From Craspedostauros australis (taxonomy: Eukaryota): a stretch of DNA of 64,000 nt. The position numbers and the translations under genes were made by a program. Positions within the stretch are counted from its first letter, which is position 1; each line of letters starts with the position of its first letter. The stretch covers positions 1 to 64,000 of the forward strand of contig JALAGF010000480.1 in the NCBI GenBank assembly GCA_030167865.1. Direction: 5' to 3'. Positions 21,522 through 33,447 of this stretch are shown here, piece after piece. The notes beneath the pieces are model-generated. The model saw only the letters and a list, made by a program, of their open reading frames with translations, did not search any database and was not told the DNA's origin.

Positions 21522-24288
21522 CTTGAGTGTGAAACTTTCGCTTGTTGTGATGAGAATTGCGCAAACTATGCCGACAAGACCGATGTTGGTGGATCTTCCC
21601 CGCTCCTGTCCGTGCGAGAAGCGCATGATGGTTGTGGACAACGATGCCACAAGGCCTTTTTGGTCGAGGTGATGTGCACCCAAGTCGCGAAGTTTTTTTG
21701 GCTGTCTCGTCGTTCTTTTTGCGGTTTTGAGGATTGTTCGTTTGACTTCTTTTCGTGTGTCATGGCAATGAATGAGATGCGCGTGGTGGCACAGTGAGCA
21801 CGAGGGAAGAACGAGAAACTACGCGAAAGTTGGAGGAATTCATGATGGTTCTGACCACGAGAACGAGAATTGTTGCGAAACGTACTCAATAGTAGGGTGT
21901 CCTTATTTGTTGGACTGAAACAGATGTACCAATGTGTTCGAAACTGATCCAACCGAATAGTATGTCCCTCTTGTGACGATATGATCCTGCACGAGCAGTA
22001 TTGGGACTGATTTGAAAGGAGATTGGTTGGCAGGTGGCGAAAATCCTTCGCTCCCCAACGATGTCATCACGGTGTGTTGAAGAACGCAGGGGAAAGAAGA
22101 TGGAGAAGAGAGCAGAGCATGATCATGAGCCACTCAGCTCCATTGGCGATCCCCTCTTCCTTGGGAGCAGTGGAGGTGTTTGCATGGCCATGAAACCAAT
22201 GCCGCGTTGGGGGAATGTCCATCGCGGATCGAACGCAAGTGCTTCGATCATGTGAACAGGAACGATGATCGGAGACCACCACGCACAGCAAAATCATTCC
22301 GCAGATCACGAAGCTTCTCCGTTTTCTTCTTTGATCCTTTGCGATCACTTCCTCCACAAGAACTTCATGCGGGGAGGCATGTGGACGATTTGGAAGATTC
22401 CTCTTGACGTCATGCGATGCATTGCATTTCATGTTGATGATTCGCATCGCGCGGCATTCGCATCCGTTGGGTTGGGCTGTGCCTCTCATTGATGATACTT
22501 TGGTTGGCCGGATCCCGCGCCCACATCAGGAGGTCTGTCTTCATCATCAACAAGGGAATGGTGGTGCACATGGACTCGAACGAGGATGTACGACCTATGG
22601 CATCATACACACCGATGTGAACGCCATCGTGAGGCGTGCTCGTTGATGGCGAAACTGAGCTCATTCACAACGCATGTTGGTGTGCCGAACTTCAATGATG
22701 ATCGTCATTGTCGTTGTGTGGCTCGCATCATGAAGTGCTGTTCTCGGGACGTCTTTCCTTGAACTATGGTACCGTTCATAGGTACCATGCCGAACATTGC
22801 TCGTACTCTATACGACTATACCCATAAGATGGTGCTTGTGTCTGCAAAGTACGAGTGCGCGTGTTGTGTGAGGCATGATTGGATGCAGTTGCAGCACACG
22901 CCATTGCGTGGCACTGTCCTTTCGATGCATGGACAGAAACTTCCGTCCCACAACAACCAGCTGTTGTCATCGACACGGCAGACACATGGCGGTTGGTTGG
23001 ACACGCGGCATCAATTCGTGTCGCGAAGACACATCAGCCACGTCAACCGGAAATCTGTGTTGTCGGTCATCTTCGATTGAGTCACGACTGCGTCATAATC
23101 CTGAACCGTAGTATCGACGTCATCGCAGCTTGCTGCGTCATAATATTATGGGAAACACTGTCTCGTTTATGTCCGTGCTATTAATATATCTAACATTGAA
23201 CAGATGAGTTGTCGTGTCCTCCGTTACGGGACTCGAAACATGCTGACCCTCACAATTCCACATCATTTTCGATGAGCTCATCCAGTGTGTGTACGAACGT
23301 GAACGAGGCTCCGTGAACTTGTGTTTGGGGTTCTGTTGTTGCGTTTCTGCTGACTGGGCATGTGTGCCATGGCGCGGTGCGTGTCGTGCGGTATCGTGTC
23401 GTATCGTGCGAGGGAGAGCAGTGTGTGAGACAGCGACAACGAAGCACAAGGAATGAAAGGGTGAGAATCATCGAAGAGGAACTGCGGCGCTCCACTGCAC
23501 TCTGCACTGTTGTATTGGAAGACTCATCATCAGCAACGGCAACAATTGACGCAGTGCCAGCGGAGCCGGAGACATCAACGGAGTCAGCTGACACCGTGCG
23601 GAATGAAGATCGCCATCGCCGACAATCGCATCATCAAAATCGCACGCGTACGCACATTGTTGCAGCCGAATTTGACGTCCATTGTGACAAACGGAGACCA
23701 TCTGCGCATCTTCATCTTCATTTCACTCTGTGGATCATCATCACCGGTATCGTCAATATCATTTCGATCCTCAAACTCTTCAAGAACACCATCACCCATT
23801 CACAAAGTCGGATCGCTTCGCAACATCGTGCGGAAAGACCAGTCAGCGACAACCAGCATCCAAGCGCAGCCAGAAAGCTACATCACTCCACGGCAATAGC
23901 ATCATCATCAGCAGCAGCAGCAAGGCGAACAGATCCGCAAAGACTTGGGGATACTCTGTCGCATTGAACCAACAAAGACGGACGATCGCTTGCGGGTGGG
24001 GGATATTGCAAGTGACCGTCTTTTGTTCATTTGGGACGGTCAATCAGCAGCAGCAGCAGCCGCCGCTACAAACAGTCGAGCATCACACATAGCTTGTACG
24101 AGTGCAGAGCAGGAGCAGATCAACCGGGACACGTGTAGGACTCGCTTCATTTCTCTGGACATCATCAACGAAAAGGGCTCAGCCAAACCTCAGCTGGAGT
24201 CGAACAGAGTGTAGCGTATTAATACTCCTCGATACCAGCATCCGGAACAACGAGAACTGCAGTTGCAGCCACAAATTGCCAACTTGAG

Positions 24289-24324
24289 AACGAACGAAGC
24301 AACGAACGAAGCAACGAGCGAAGT
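24289..24324. repeat. 12-bp tandem repeat (AACGAACGAAGC) x3 just upstream of the HSF gene
   Basis: aacgaacgaagc aacgaacgaagc aacgagcgaagt. Confidence 0.8.
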
Positions 24325-24428
24325 CCAAGTACGCACGCATACGTTGCACAGTGTTCAGGTTGCGCCACGGGACCCACGCCACCACAGAGCAACACGGCTC
24401 GACATCAATTCCCAGCACACTCACGAAG

Positions 24429-26759
24429 ATGGCAACCTCAGAACTTCCATCGCCGGCAGCGCCCGCACCAGCAACAGCGGGACAATCAGCCGCAGCTGCT
24501 GCATCATCAGCTTCGGCATCGGCCTTGGTGTCCGTATCAGCCTCAGCCCCAACACCACCCACAATGTCTGCTTCAACCTCAGCTCCGGTACCAACACTGG
24601 TTGCGGCAGAACGGCAGCGCGGCATGCACTTGAATCCAGTCACAGTCTCATCCACCTCGTCGCTGGACACGGCGGGGCATGATGCCGGAACCTTCTCGGC
24701 GGCTTCGCCTTTGCAGGCACCCATCGTGGGCGTCAGTCAGGCAACGCGCTACATGGCATCACCAACTGCACCAACAACCATACCACCTGTGGCCGCACCC
24801 ACAGCAATCGTGCAGCAACGCCCTCCAACGGTGACTGTGCTGGCGCCGGCTCCGATATCATCCGCCGTGCCGCTACAACCAACGCCCATGATAGCCACGT
24901 CATCGGCCATACCCATAGCAGCAGCGACGCCGATATCCACACCGCTACCTCCCGCCGGCATGCCGATGAGGTCGGCTGCCATGGTCCTGCCCACGTCGAC
25001 GCCGATCATGGGACATCACGGCCAACTCCGAATAAACCAGTCCACCTCCGTGATGCTACCAGCGCCCATACCCACGACGAACACCGTCCCAGAATTCCTA
25101 TATCAGCTCACGAAGATGCTCACGGATAACAATCGGGATATCATCGAATGGTCCAAAGGTAAGGAGAGGAATGGGATGGAGTTCAATGGAATTGAATTGA
25201 ACTCAATGAAACGGATGAAAAAGATGGATGGCATAATGCCCATGAGGGCTACCACACGGACACATCATGCATCGGTTCGAACTCCCTTGGCGAATCTCCT
25301 CATCTTAGCACATCTTGCTTCCTCGCTGTCGCCTGCTCAAACACGTAACCGCGCAACGCACCACTCTCACAACCGTCTGTTCCACCTTGCGAATGCGATG
25401 TCCTTCACCACGGTATCATTGTATAATAATCTATTCTATTCTACTATTATATAACCCATCACATCAAGCAGGAAAGATTGAGGTGCACAACCCTCACAAG
25501 CTGCAGACCCATGTCCTCAATCGCTACTTCCGCCATTCCAAATTCGCATCCTTCCAAAGACAGCTCAATTACTTTGGCTTTCGCAAGCTCGCCGGCAAAG
25601 GCAAGATGGCGCCGTGTTCCTACGTCAACGATGCAACCACGCTCGAACTGGGGAGTCTGCTCTTGATCAAGGTACGTTTTCTCGCAACTCATGCCCCGCG
25701 ATCCACACCGATACACCATCTTCCGAATCATCTCGTGCCATCCTATGTGATCTGAATCGAAGTGGAGTATTCGCATCGCTGTCCCTTGTTTATCTGCATC
25801 CTGCCATTGTCGGTGTCACCCGACCTGGTGCCATTTCGCAATGCCAACCCCCACTCACCAACTTCATTCATCCACACTCCACCATACCACCCTCGCAGCG
25901 CAAAACGGGGAACGAACCAAAGGGAAAGTCCGGAAAGAAGCGGGGGCGTGAAGAAGCAACGGCGCAGTTCCAGCAACACCAGTCCCCGGCAACGGTGGCG
26001 TACGCCAAGCACGTCGACCCGGCTGCCGTGAATCCCGTCCTCGCCACCATCCTCTACGAAAACTCAACGTCAGCATCAGCAACCACCACCACAACTTCCA
26101 ACCCAACACAAGCCGCCTATGGTGGCAACCGAACTGGAGCCGGCGGCGCAACATTAGTCAGGATGCAGCACGGACAGTCTCAGCAGGCGCTGGCCAAGGT
26201 GGCGGTGGGGAAAGGAATCCGCCATGGCTTCTCAGCCGCCTTGACCAGAACATCCACGCCCAGCACGGGCGCGCTGACAGGGACGACACCGAATCCGCTT
26301 ACCGCATCGACGGCGACGTCGCAAACAACACCAATGCCAGTGGTGGCAGCAGCAGCCACCCCTCTGCCAACAGCTGCCGGCCAGGGCAGCGCAGCGACTC
26401 AAGACGCTTCGAATGTCCAGCAGGGGCTGTCTGCGCTGACGAGCAACTACCAGAGCTCCCTTCACGGCACGCCGGATATCACACCATCATCTGGAGCTTC
26501 GCAGCCGACCGTGGTTGCCACCGCACTTCCAACGTATAGTACTGCCGCGACTGCAACTGCAACCGCCACTTCGTCACTGCCCAGCATGAGCTACACGCCC
26601 GGGTCCATGAGCCGCAACGATTCCCTCGTCGATCTTGCCATGATCCCGGAGGTGGAAGGCTTGGGAGAGAGCAACACCCTGCAGGGTACGTCGGGTCTCA
26701 CCTTTGTGGACTTTCCGTGGTACGATCCCAGTGATCCCTCGTTCACTGGAATCGAATGA
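24429..26759 (+). CDS. HSF: Heat shock transcription factor (HSF DNA-binding domain), 3 exons
   Basis: Exons 24429-25158, 25472-25671 and 25899-26759 (596 aa). Spliced [35 protein letters not shown]...[21 protein letters not shown]. Confidence 0.92.
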
Positions 26760-27096
26760 TGCGATGGGAGAATCGTATAGAGAGAAGCGAAGTCAAGTCA
26801 AGTCAATCATCCATGGCTCGATAGCCCATGGTTGGGTCTGCATTTCGTCAGCAACTTGCACAACCATGAAAGTTACCTTCTCCCAATTCACAACACGAAT
26901 CGAGGACGATCACACAACTGTAAATATTGTTTATACCAATCATATTACATCAACTTGTACACGCAACCATTCACAAACCGTTCAATCGCACGAGGATTGT
27001 GCCAGAGAGTCTGTATGAGTCCAGAAGTCTGACGGGTCTCCGATTACTCTTTGTGACGCATCCTCGCAAGGCCCTCAAAGTAGCGCACGCGCAGCA

Positions 27097-28599
27097 TCAT
27101 CTCCGAATTGGCAAACTGGAAGCGTCCATCACCGGGACAGTGTGATCCCAATCCACGTCCACGGACTGGACGCCCTCGAAGGTATCCCCATCTCCTTCCC
27201 ATTCATCTATCGCGTCGGTCAGATCGTCGATATCGTCGGAACCAATGATGCAGCAAAGTCGGATCTTGGAAATGCCGAATCCGATCGGAACCACCTCCAC
27301 CAGACTGTGCGGATCCTGCTCGCGGTTGGCAGGCTGCCAACGCGGGTGTATTGGCCCCCCATCGGGATGATTCCATTGCATGGTGGTGAGCAGTTCACCT
27401 AATTTGTTCATATTCAGCCCTGCCTCGTACGGCTTTATCTCTAGGAACGTGAGCATTGTTTGACCATTGCTGGAATCTGAGATCGGCAAGTCGGAAGCCG
27501 TCGCAGATGCTCCAGTCCCTTCTTCCGACTGCTTGCGTTGCATGTACTCATCGCGCGCCTTTTGTATCTTGGCTGTTGCAATCTCCAGCGCGGGTTGGTT
27601 GACATCGTTATCTTTGTCGTCTTTAGGGATTGGAATGATGTGTTCACTTTCAGTTGAAGGCGATGGCGGTGAGAGCTGCGCAGGAGTGGATTCAACTCTT
27701 GGACTATTCGCATGCCAAGCAATGTACTTCTCCAGATCATTCACGGTGGGCCCATCGTTGCTTGTGGTAGACGGCTGTATTGTAGATGGCGACGACGACG
27801 ACGATGAAGGCGCTGCTTTTGTCAACGCAATGCCAAACGGCAGCATGTTGCCACTGACGGGAGCCATCTCCCAAATATGCAACGTGTGATTCCATATGCC
27901 TCGCTGCATTCCATCCAACCAGTTGGTGACGATGAGATCTAACGAATGGCTCTCCGCGAGCGTGACAACCAGCAGAGTGCCAACTCCCGGTTTCAACAAG
28001 CGGCCTGCTTCTTCGAACAATCGCTTCGATACCTCCGAGCTGGTCTCGGCTTGGTTCTTGTCGAAGACGGCATCGATGAAGCCCTTGTCGATCCAGGCAT
28101 CGAAAGACGCAGCCTCGAAATCCAACGGAGGATTCAGCACATCTGTCAGCACGTACTGTATGGGTGTCTGCTCTTGCCCCTGTGCTTGAACATCGGATGC
28201 GGTTGAAGTTGCAGTACCAGCACTGCCGTCGCCGCTTGACTTTTCATGGAATTGCTTCATCTCCTCCAACGCCAGCTCGGCGACATCCAGCACGACCTGC
28301 TCGCTGAAAGGAAACACCTTGCGCATCTCCAACGGCAGCAGGGACGTGCCGCTGCCTGGATGGATCATGCGGATTTGGCCTGGTTGATTGTCATCGTGGT
28401 CGTCGTCGTTCGGTACAGCAGCATTCGGTGATAACGCCATGTGATGCTTCATCACACGAATGACCTCCTCGCAACCACAGTACCATTCGAAGCTCCTGTG
28501 ATCCTGCTTGCACACGATGTCGAACCATTCGTTCCAGTATTCAGCGTCGTTGTGGCCGGAGGGATCTCCCAGCGACTTCAGTCTATCCTCGGACACCAT
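27097..28599 (-). CDS. Class I SAM methyltransferase (METTL13-N/EEF1AKMT4-like) fused to a C-terminal eEF1B-type guanine nucleotide exchange domain
   Basis: N-terminal motifs EYWNEWF, SFEWY, IHPGSGTS, DKGFIDAV and RLLKPG...VTLAESH. C-terminal motifs LEIKPY, VVPIGFGISKIRLCCII and GVQSVDV. Single exon, 500 aa. Confidence 0.85.
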   Translation of the reverse strand: MVSEDRLKSLGDPSGHNDAEYWNEWFDIVCKQDHRSFEWYCGCEEVIRVMKHHMALSPNAAVPNDDDHDDNQPGQIRMIHPGSGTSLLPLEMRKVFPFSEQVVLDVAELALEEMKQFHEKSSGDGSAGTATSTASDVQAQGQEQTPIQYVLTDVLNPPLDFEAASFDAWIDKGFIDAVFDKNQAETSSEVSKRLFEEAGRLLKPGVGTLLVVTLAESHSLDLIVTNWLDGMQRGIWNHTLHIWEMAPVSGNMLPFGIALTKAAPSSSSSSPSTIQPSTTSNDGPTVNDLEKYIAWHANSPRVESTPAQLSPPSPSTESEHIIPIPKDDKDNDVNQPALEIATAKIQKARDEYMQRKQSEEGTGASATASDLPISDSSNGQTMLTFLEIKPYEAGLNMNKLGELLTTMQWNHPDGGPIHPRWQPANREQDPHSLVEVVPIGFGISKIRLCCIIGSDDIDDLTDAIDEWEGDGDTFEGVQSVDVDWDHTVPVMDASSLPIRR

Positions 28600-29983
28600 G
28601 ACGGCAGAGTGTCGTAGAGTAGTGCGGAACGAGTACTTGTAGGAGTGGGTATCGTGGACAGAACTCGGCCCGTTATGGCAATGCTTCGGGGTCCAATGAT
28701 GCTGCTTGCGATTGTGGCTTGCTGATGGCCTCCACTCGTATTTGTCCTCTCGATTGCGTCATTGCTTCCAACCGCGATCGTGTTGTGGGTGGTCGAGGCA
28801 CATCACATCATCACGATCTCCTTTTTTGTGGAGTGTGGAAGAAGGTATCCTGATCGTATCACGCCAATTGATGGTCACGACGCGCGCACACCGGACAGAC
28901 GATCGCAGAACACCGTTCGTGAACGAAACCGAATTCGTGATTATTTCATGACGTCATTGGCGCGGAACAGCGGCTTCTTCGGACGGCGATGGAAGCAGCA
29001 GCGACTTCCTGCGCTGCCGCGAACACGAACCAAGGCACAGGAGAGCGAGACTCCAAGACGCGACAATGATACCGATCGCGACATTCTTCATGTTCCTTGC
29101 CGTCCTTGTCATCATCTCCAAGGAACAGATGAATACAATCAGCGGGAAGAACAAGAGAAGGACAGCATCGACAACGGCAACGAGAATGGCCACAAGATTC
29201 AGGGCTCGTCTGCGATTGTGCAAATTTGGCTGGCGGTTGTTGTCATGCTTCATTTGGGGAGTTTGCGGTTGCGCAGGTTGTCGTAGTCGTGTGGTATTAT
29301 ACATGCTTGTGTGAATGGCATACTCATCAAGTGTCGGTCAACCCCCGTTAGCCCTGTTGGGGAGTGGACAGTCACGGTGTGTGGTCGTGGTCGCAGATGG
29401 TGTCACATCGTGTGATTGCAGTGATGGTATCATCGAGTACATGTTATTCGTATACGACTAATGCAATAATACTCTGCTCGTCCCCGTACCATACGTAAAA
29501 GTACTCGGTGGTGGGATGCTTGTTCCGAATACGCACAATCAGTCGTAGAGTGTGAGTAATGTGGAATACTCACTGCCTGACCAACCATGCTCTCTGGCGT
29601 TATTAGTTTCCTGTGGCCACAGGGCAGTAGCTCCGCGCTCCGCATGCGTACTTGGTACCATGCAGAGCACTCCATGGGCAGTCGTATGATGAACGCCCTC
29701 TCAAAGCGCTGCAAACTCTCCATCTATCGACAGTTGAGAGAATGTTGGACAGAGGTTGAATTGTTTTATTGCAGTATTATAATGTGTTACTTTGTTGCTT
29801 TGTCCTTGTTAACCTTGCTTGCATGTTGCCTCGCTGTTCGAAATGTTGTTGTTCTGTCTCCACTGAAATGCAAAATCGATTGTCCAAGCGTATGTACAGT
29901 CTTGATGGATCGCGATGTGATGTGGCGGGTTGGAATTCATCCATTCACGCACGTCATCACCATGATCGATCCTGACCCTCGTT

Positions 29984-31741
29984 TCAGGCCTTGCTTGGGT
30001 TGAAGCGGTTGGCCACATCCTGCTGCGATTGCTGCATTCCGAGTGCCGCCAGCTGGGCGCTGCTGGGCATGAGACCGCCGAGATCGGCCAACGAACCCTC
30101 CCTCGACAGGAAGCTGTTGAGGCTGAGGAGGGACGAGATGCGGTTGGAGCTGAGGAGGTTGCCGAGGGACGTGTTGCTGACGCTGCCAGGGAAGATGGTG
30201 TTCTGCGATGGCAGTCCTCTCAGCAGGCTGGATGTGCTGGAGGCAGCAGCGCCGCCGGCAGCTTGCCTGGCTTCCGCGCCGTTCTGATCATTGCCGATGA
30301 GGGCCTTGAGGTTGGTGGCGGAGTCGAAGAGGTTGTTGGACTGTCCGGCAGCGGCCGAGGCAGCGACGGTGGCGGGCATGGCGGACGTGGAAGCCTTGAG
30401 TGCGGCAGTGGCGGGAGATTCGTTCTTCACGTTAAGGTTGTTGGCGGCGGCTGACGCGTTGTGATTATGGAGTCCTGCCGCGGCTGCTGCCATGGCCGCG
30501 GATGCAGGGTTGGCGTTGTGGTTGTTGGTGCTTGGGTTGGTGGTGTTGGCAAGGTTGGTGTTGTTCATGTTTCCGATACCGCTGACGGCGGCGAGGTTGA
30601 GGGCCGCTGCGTTGAGGGCCGCGGCACTTCCATTCGGCTGTTGTTGCTGCTGTTGTGATTGCTGCTGCTGTTGTTGCTGCTGGTTGGTGAGACTGGCGAT
30701 CTGCGCCTGTAGCTGCTCGAAGGAGACGGCGCCTGGTTGCATGGCACCGAGCTGTCCCCCGAACGGATTGCCCAAATTCTGCAGCTCTCCCCACGGCTGC
30801 CGCTGCTGGTTCTGCTGCATGAGCAGGGCCAAGGGGTTGTCGGCGCCCAACCCGAGCTGCTTCTGCATCTGGATCTGCTGATTGAGGGCGGCGAGGTTGC
30901 CCGTGAGGCCGGCTGTGCCACCGATGCCCGTGAGTCCTGTGAGAGCGGGGTTCATGCCGTTGGCCGCCATCATGGCACGCTGCGCCATGGCCTTGCGGGC
31001 GGCCGACCCGTTGGTCTTGCGCTTGATGAGGAGGAGGCTGCGGATGTCTGAGGTGGCGGACTCGTTGACGTAGGAGCAGGGGGACATCTTTCCCTTGCCC
31101 GCGATCTTGCGGAAGCCGAAGTAGTTGAGCTGTCTCTGGAAGGAGGCGAACTTGGAATGGCGGAAGTACTTGTGGAGGACCTCCGACTCGAGCCTCTCTG
31201 GGTAGTGCACCTTGATGCGTCCCTCCACCCACTCGATGATCTCGGTGTTGTCGTCCGTCAGCATCTTGGTGAGCTGGTAGAGGAACTCCGCCACCGGATG
31301 GTGCTGGTTGCTGCGGTCGCCCGGCTTGGATGGGAAGTTGGGTGGCAGCATCCCGTCTGCGCTCGCCGCAGCGGGAGGACCCACGCCGGGCATCATGGCG
31401 GCCGCGGGTCCCTGCTGCTGCTGCATGCTGCCGGCCTGTGCTGGTGGTGGCATCTGCAGGTTGCTCTGCTGATGTTGCTGCTGCATGGCTGCCACGGTGA
31501 GCGCCGCGTTCTTGATGAAGTTGTTGCTCTGCTGGGCGGCGGCCGCTCCTGCTCCCGTGAGGGCTTCTGCGTCGCTGCTGTTGGCGGAGGCGGATGCTGG
31601 CGTCACGATTCCAGACATCGTCTCGCGCTGATCTGTCTTGGCCTGTCCCTGTTGTTGTTGCTGCTGTTGTTGGTGCTGTTGGAGTTGGTGTTGTTGGAGT
31701 TGTTGTTGGAGCTGCTGCTGAAGCTGCTGGAGGTTGTTCAT
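29984..31741 (-). CDS. HSF: Heat shock transcription factor, Gln-rich, intronless
   Basis: [22 protein letters not shown]...[35 protein letters not shown]; polyQ tracts; 585 aa. Confidence 0.95.
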   Translation of the reverse strand: MNNLQQLQQQLQQQLQQHQLQQHQQQQQQQQGQAKTDQRETMSGIVTPASASANSSDAEALTGAGAAAAQQSNNFIKNAALTVAAMQQQHQQSNLQMPPPAQAGSMQQQQGPAAAMMPGVGPPAAASADGMLPPNFPSKPGDRSNQHHPVAEFLYQLTKMLTDDNTEIIEWVEGRIKVHYPERLESEVLHKYFRHSKFASFQRQLNYFGFRKIAGKGKMSPCSYVNESATSDIRSLLLIKRKTNGSAARKAMAQRAMMAANGMNPALTGLTGIGGTAGLTGNLAALNQQIQMQKQLGLGADNPLALLMQQNQQRQPWGELQNLGNPFGGQLGAMQPGAVSFEQLQAQIASLTNQQQQQQQQSQQQQQQPNGSAAALNAAALNLAAVSGIGNMNNTNLANTTNPSTNNHNANPASAAMAAAAAGLHNHNASAAANNLNVKNESPATAALKASTSAMPATVAASAAAGQSNNLFDSATNLKALIGNDQNGAEARQAAGGAAASSTSSLLRGLPSQNTIFPGSVSNTSLGNLLSSNRISSLLSLNSFLSREGSLADLGGLMPSSAQLAALGMQQSQQDVANRFNPSKA

Positions 31742-31830
31742 GCTCCGCTACGTTTCGCTGTTGCTTTCTCAGTGGCTGGATGCAACACAGTACGCTCAGT
31801 GACTGTTTGTGCTTGTGCTATTGATGGCTG

Positions 31831-31921
31831 TACTACCGATACTGCCAATACTGTCAATACTACCAATACTGCCGACACTGTCAAGACTCTCCACCAACAC
31901 AGAGAGAGAGAGAGAGAGAGA
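31831..31921. repeat. 9-bp minisatellite (TACTGYCAA-like) x6 followed by (AG)10, in the HSF leader region
   Basis: tactaccga tactgccaa tactgtcaa tactaccaa tactgccga cactgtcaa at 31831-31884; (ag)n at 31901-31921. Confidence 0.8.
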
Positions 31922-33447
31922 AGCAAGCCGCTTGGTTTGTCGATGAGTTGTCCCTTTTTTCCACTGAACAACGAATGATTCTCTCGACGTTGTTGTTGAC
32001 GTCGACGATGTCCTTCCTGTTGTTGTGATTGCAGTTGCGGTTGCGGATGAAGAATGGAGAGGAACGAGGGAAGAAGGAGGAGGAACGCAGGGAATGGGGG
32101 AAACAAAACTTCGTCTGTCGATTGTTGCTGTCTTCTTGGTGGGTGTGTTCTCGTACTCGTGTACTGGTATTCGTGTAGAGCGTTGTGAGTTGTGCGCTGT
32201 GTGGGGGGATGTGGAATGATGAATCGTTGCAATGCACTCTTCTCCGTGCTCCTCGCGTTCCGCGTTTGCCCTTTCTCTGGCGTCGCAAGAATGTGAAGAA
32301 CAGGCAGTGTGTTATCTGGAGTGTTTGCGCAGAACCCACGCGGAAACTACGGAGTGGTTCCGTGGAAGTGCCAGTTGTTTCACTGTTGACTCTTTGTGTC
32401 TTTCTTTCTTGGCGCTGTACTCCCACACGCGCGCTGGTACATGAATAGAGTACGTGTACATCGTACAGCTTAGTACTGGGGTGTACGGGCGGTTGATGTT
32501 GGATCACAATCGCTGCCAACCGTTCGATCCACAGAAATAGTTCTCGAACTTTTTCATCCGTGTCGCATGCGACATCTTGTTTCGAGATTTCGGTTTCCAC
32601 CTTGGCGAGAGGCTTCGAACGCGAATACCGTTTTATGAATACGATCAGCCAATCAGAAGCGCTTTCTGAAACATGACCAACGCCTTCACAATGGGGAGAA
32701 TGGGTCGCACGGGAAACTTGGAATCGAGCGAGACGCGAGAATGGCTACCGACCACCGCCAACCGCATCGGCAACGCCGACGGCATCAACATCGTCTGTTC
32801 ATGTCGTTGCTTGGGAACCTCATAATGCTCAATACGATAGAATAAAAAGTGTATACTACACAAGAGCAGATGCATACCCAAATGCCCCCTGTGTCCATCT
32901 AGCTCGCACAACATGATGATGCTAGTGTTGCGCATGCGGGATGGACCTGACGCATTCCCCCGTTTCGCGCTTGGGAACCGATGACATTTTGGTTTTCTGG
33001 GGAGGCCAGGTTGGTGTGATGCGTCAGTGTCGCACATCAATGCCGTTAAGTGAGGCCTCGCAAACGTATTGCGTGTCCGCACACTGACGTGGCGAGAAAC
33101 CTGAGTCATTCAGAAAGAATGCCTTCTTGCCCATGTCATCAGCTACTTTGTCAGTTTGCGAACCTGGAAAGTTGACTCGTTCGATCGCAAGACACAAAAG
33201 ATACCAAAACAAGAAGAAAGGAAGAAGTCCGAAGGTCGTGGAATGTCGACATCATGACAATGGCGATGCCATCAACAACAACGTCAACAACGGAAGATCG
33301 AGCGGAGAGCATGGTGACAGAACACCGACATCAAGAGAGCGAGAGGGCAATCAGAATCCGTCCTACGTCCACAGTGACGCTCACGTTCACATTCATCATC
33401 ACAATCACTATCGCAAGCAAGACGACGAATCAAGACAACGGACCAGG

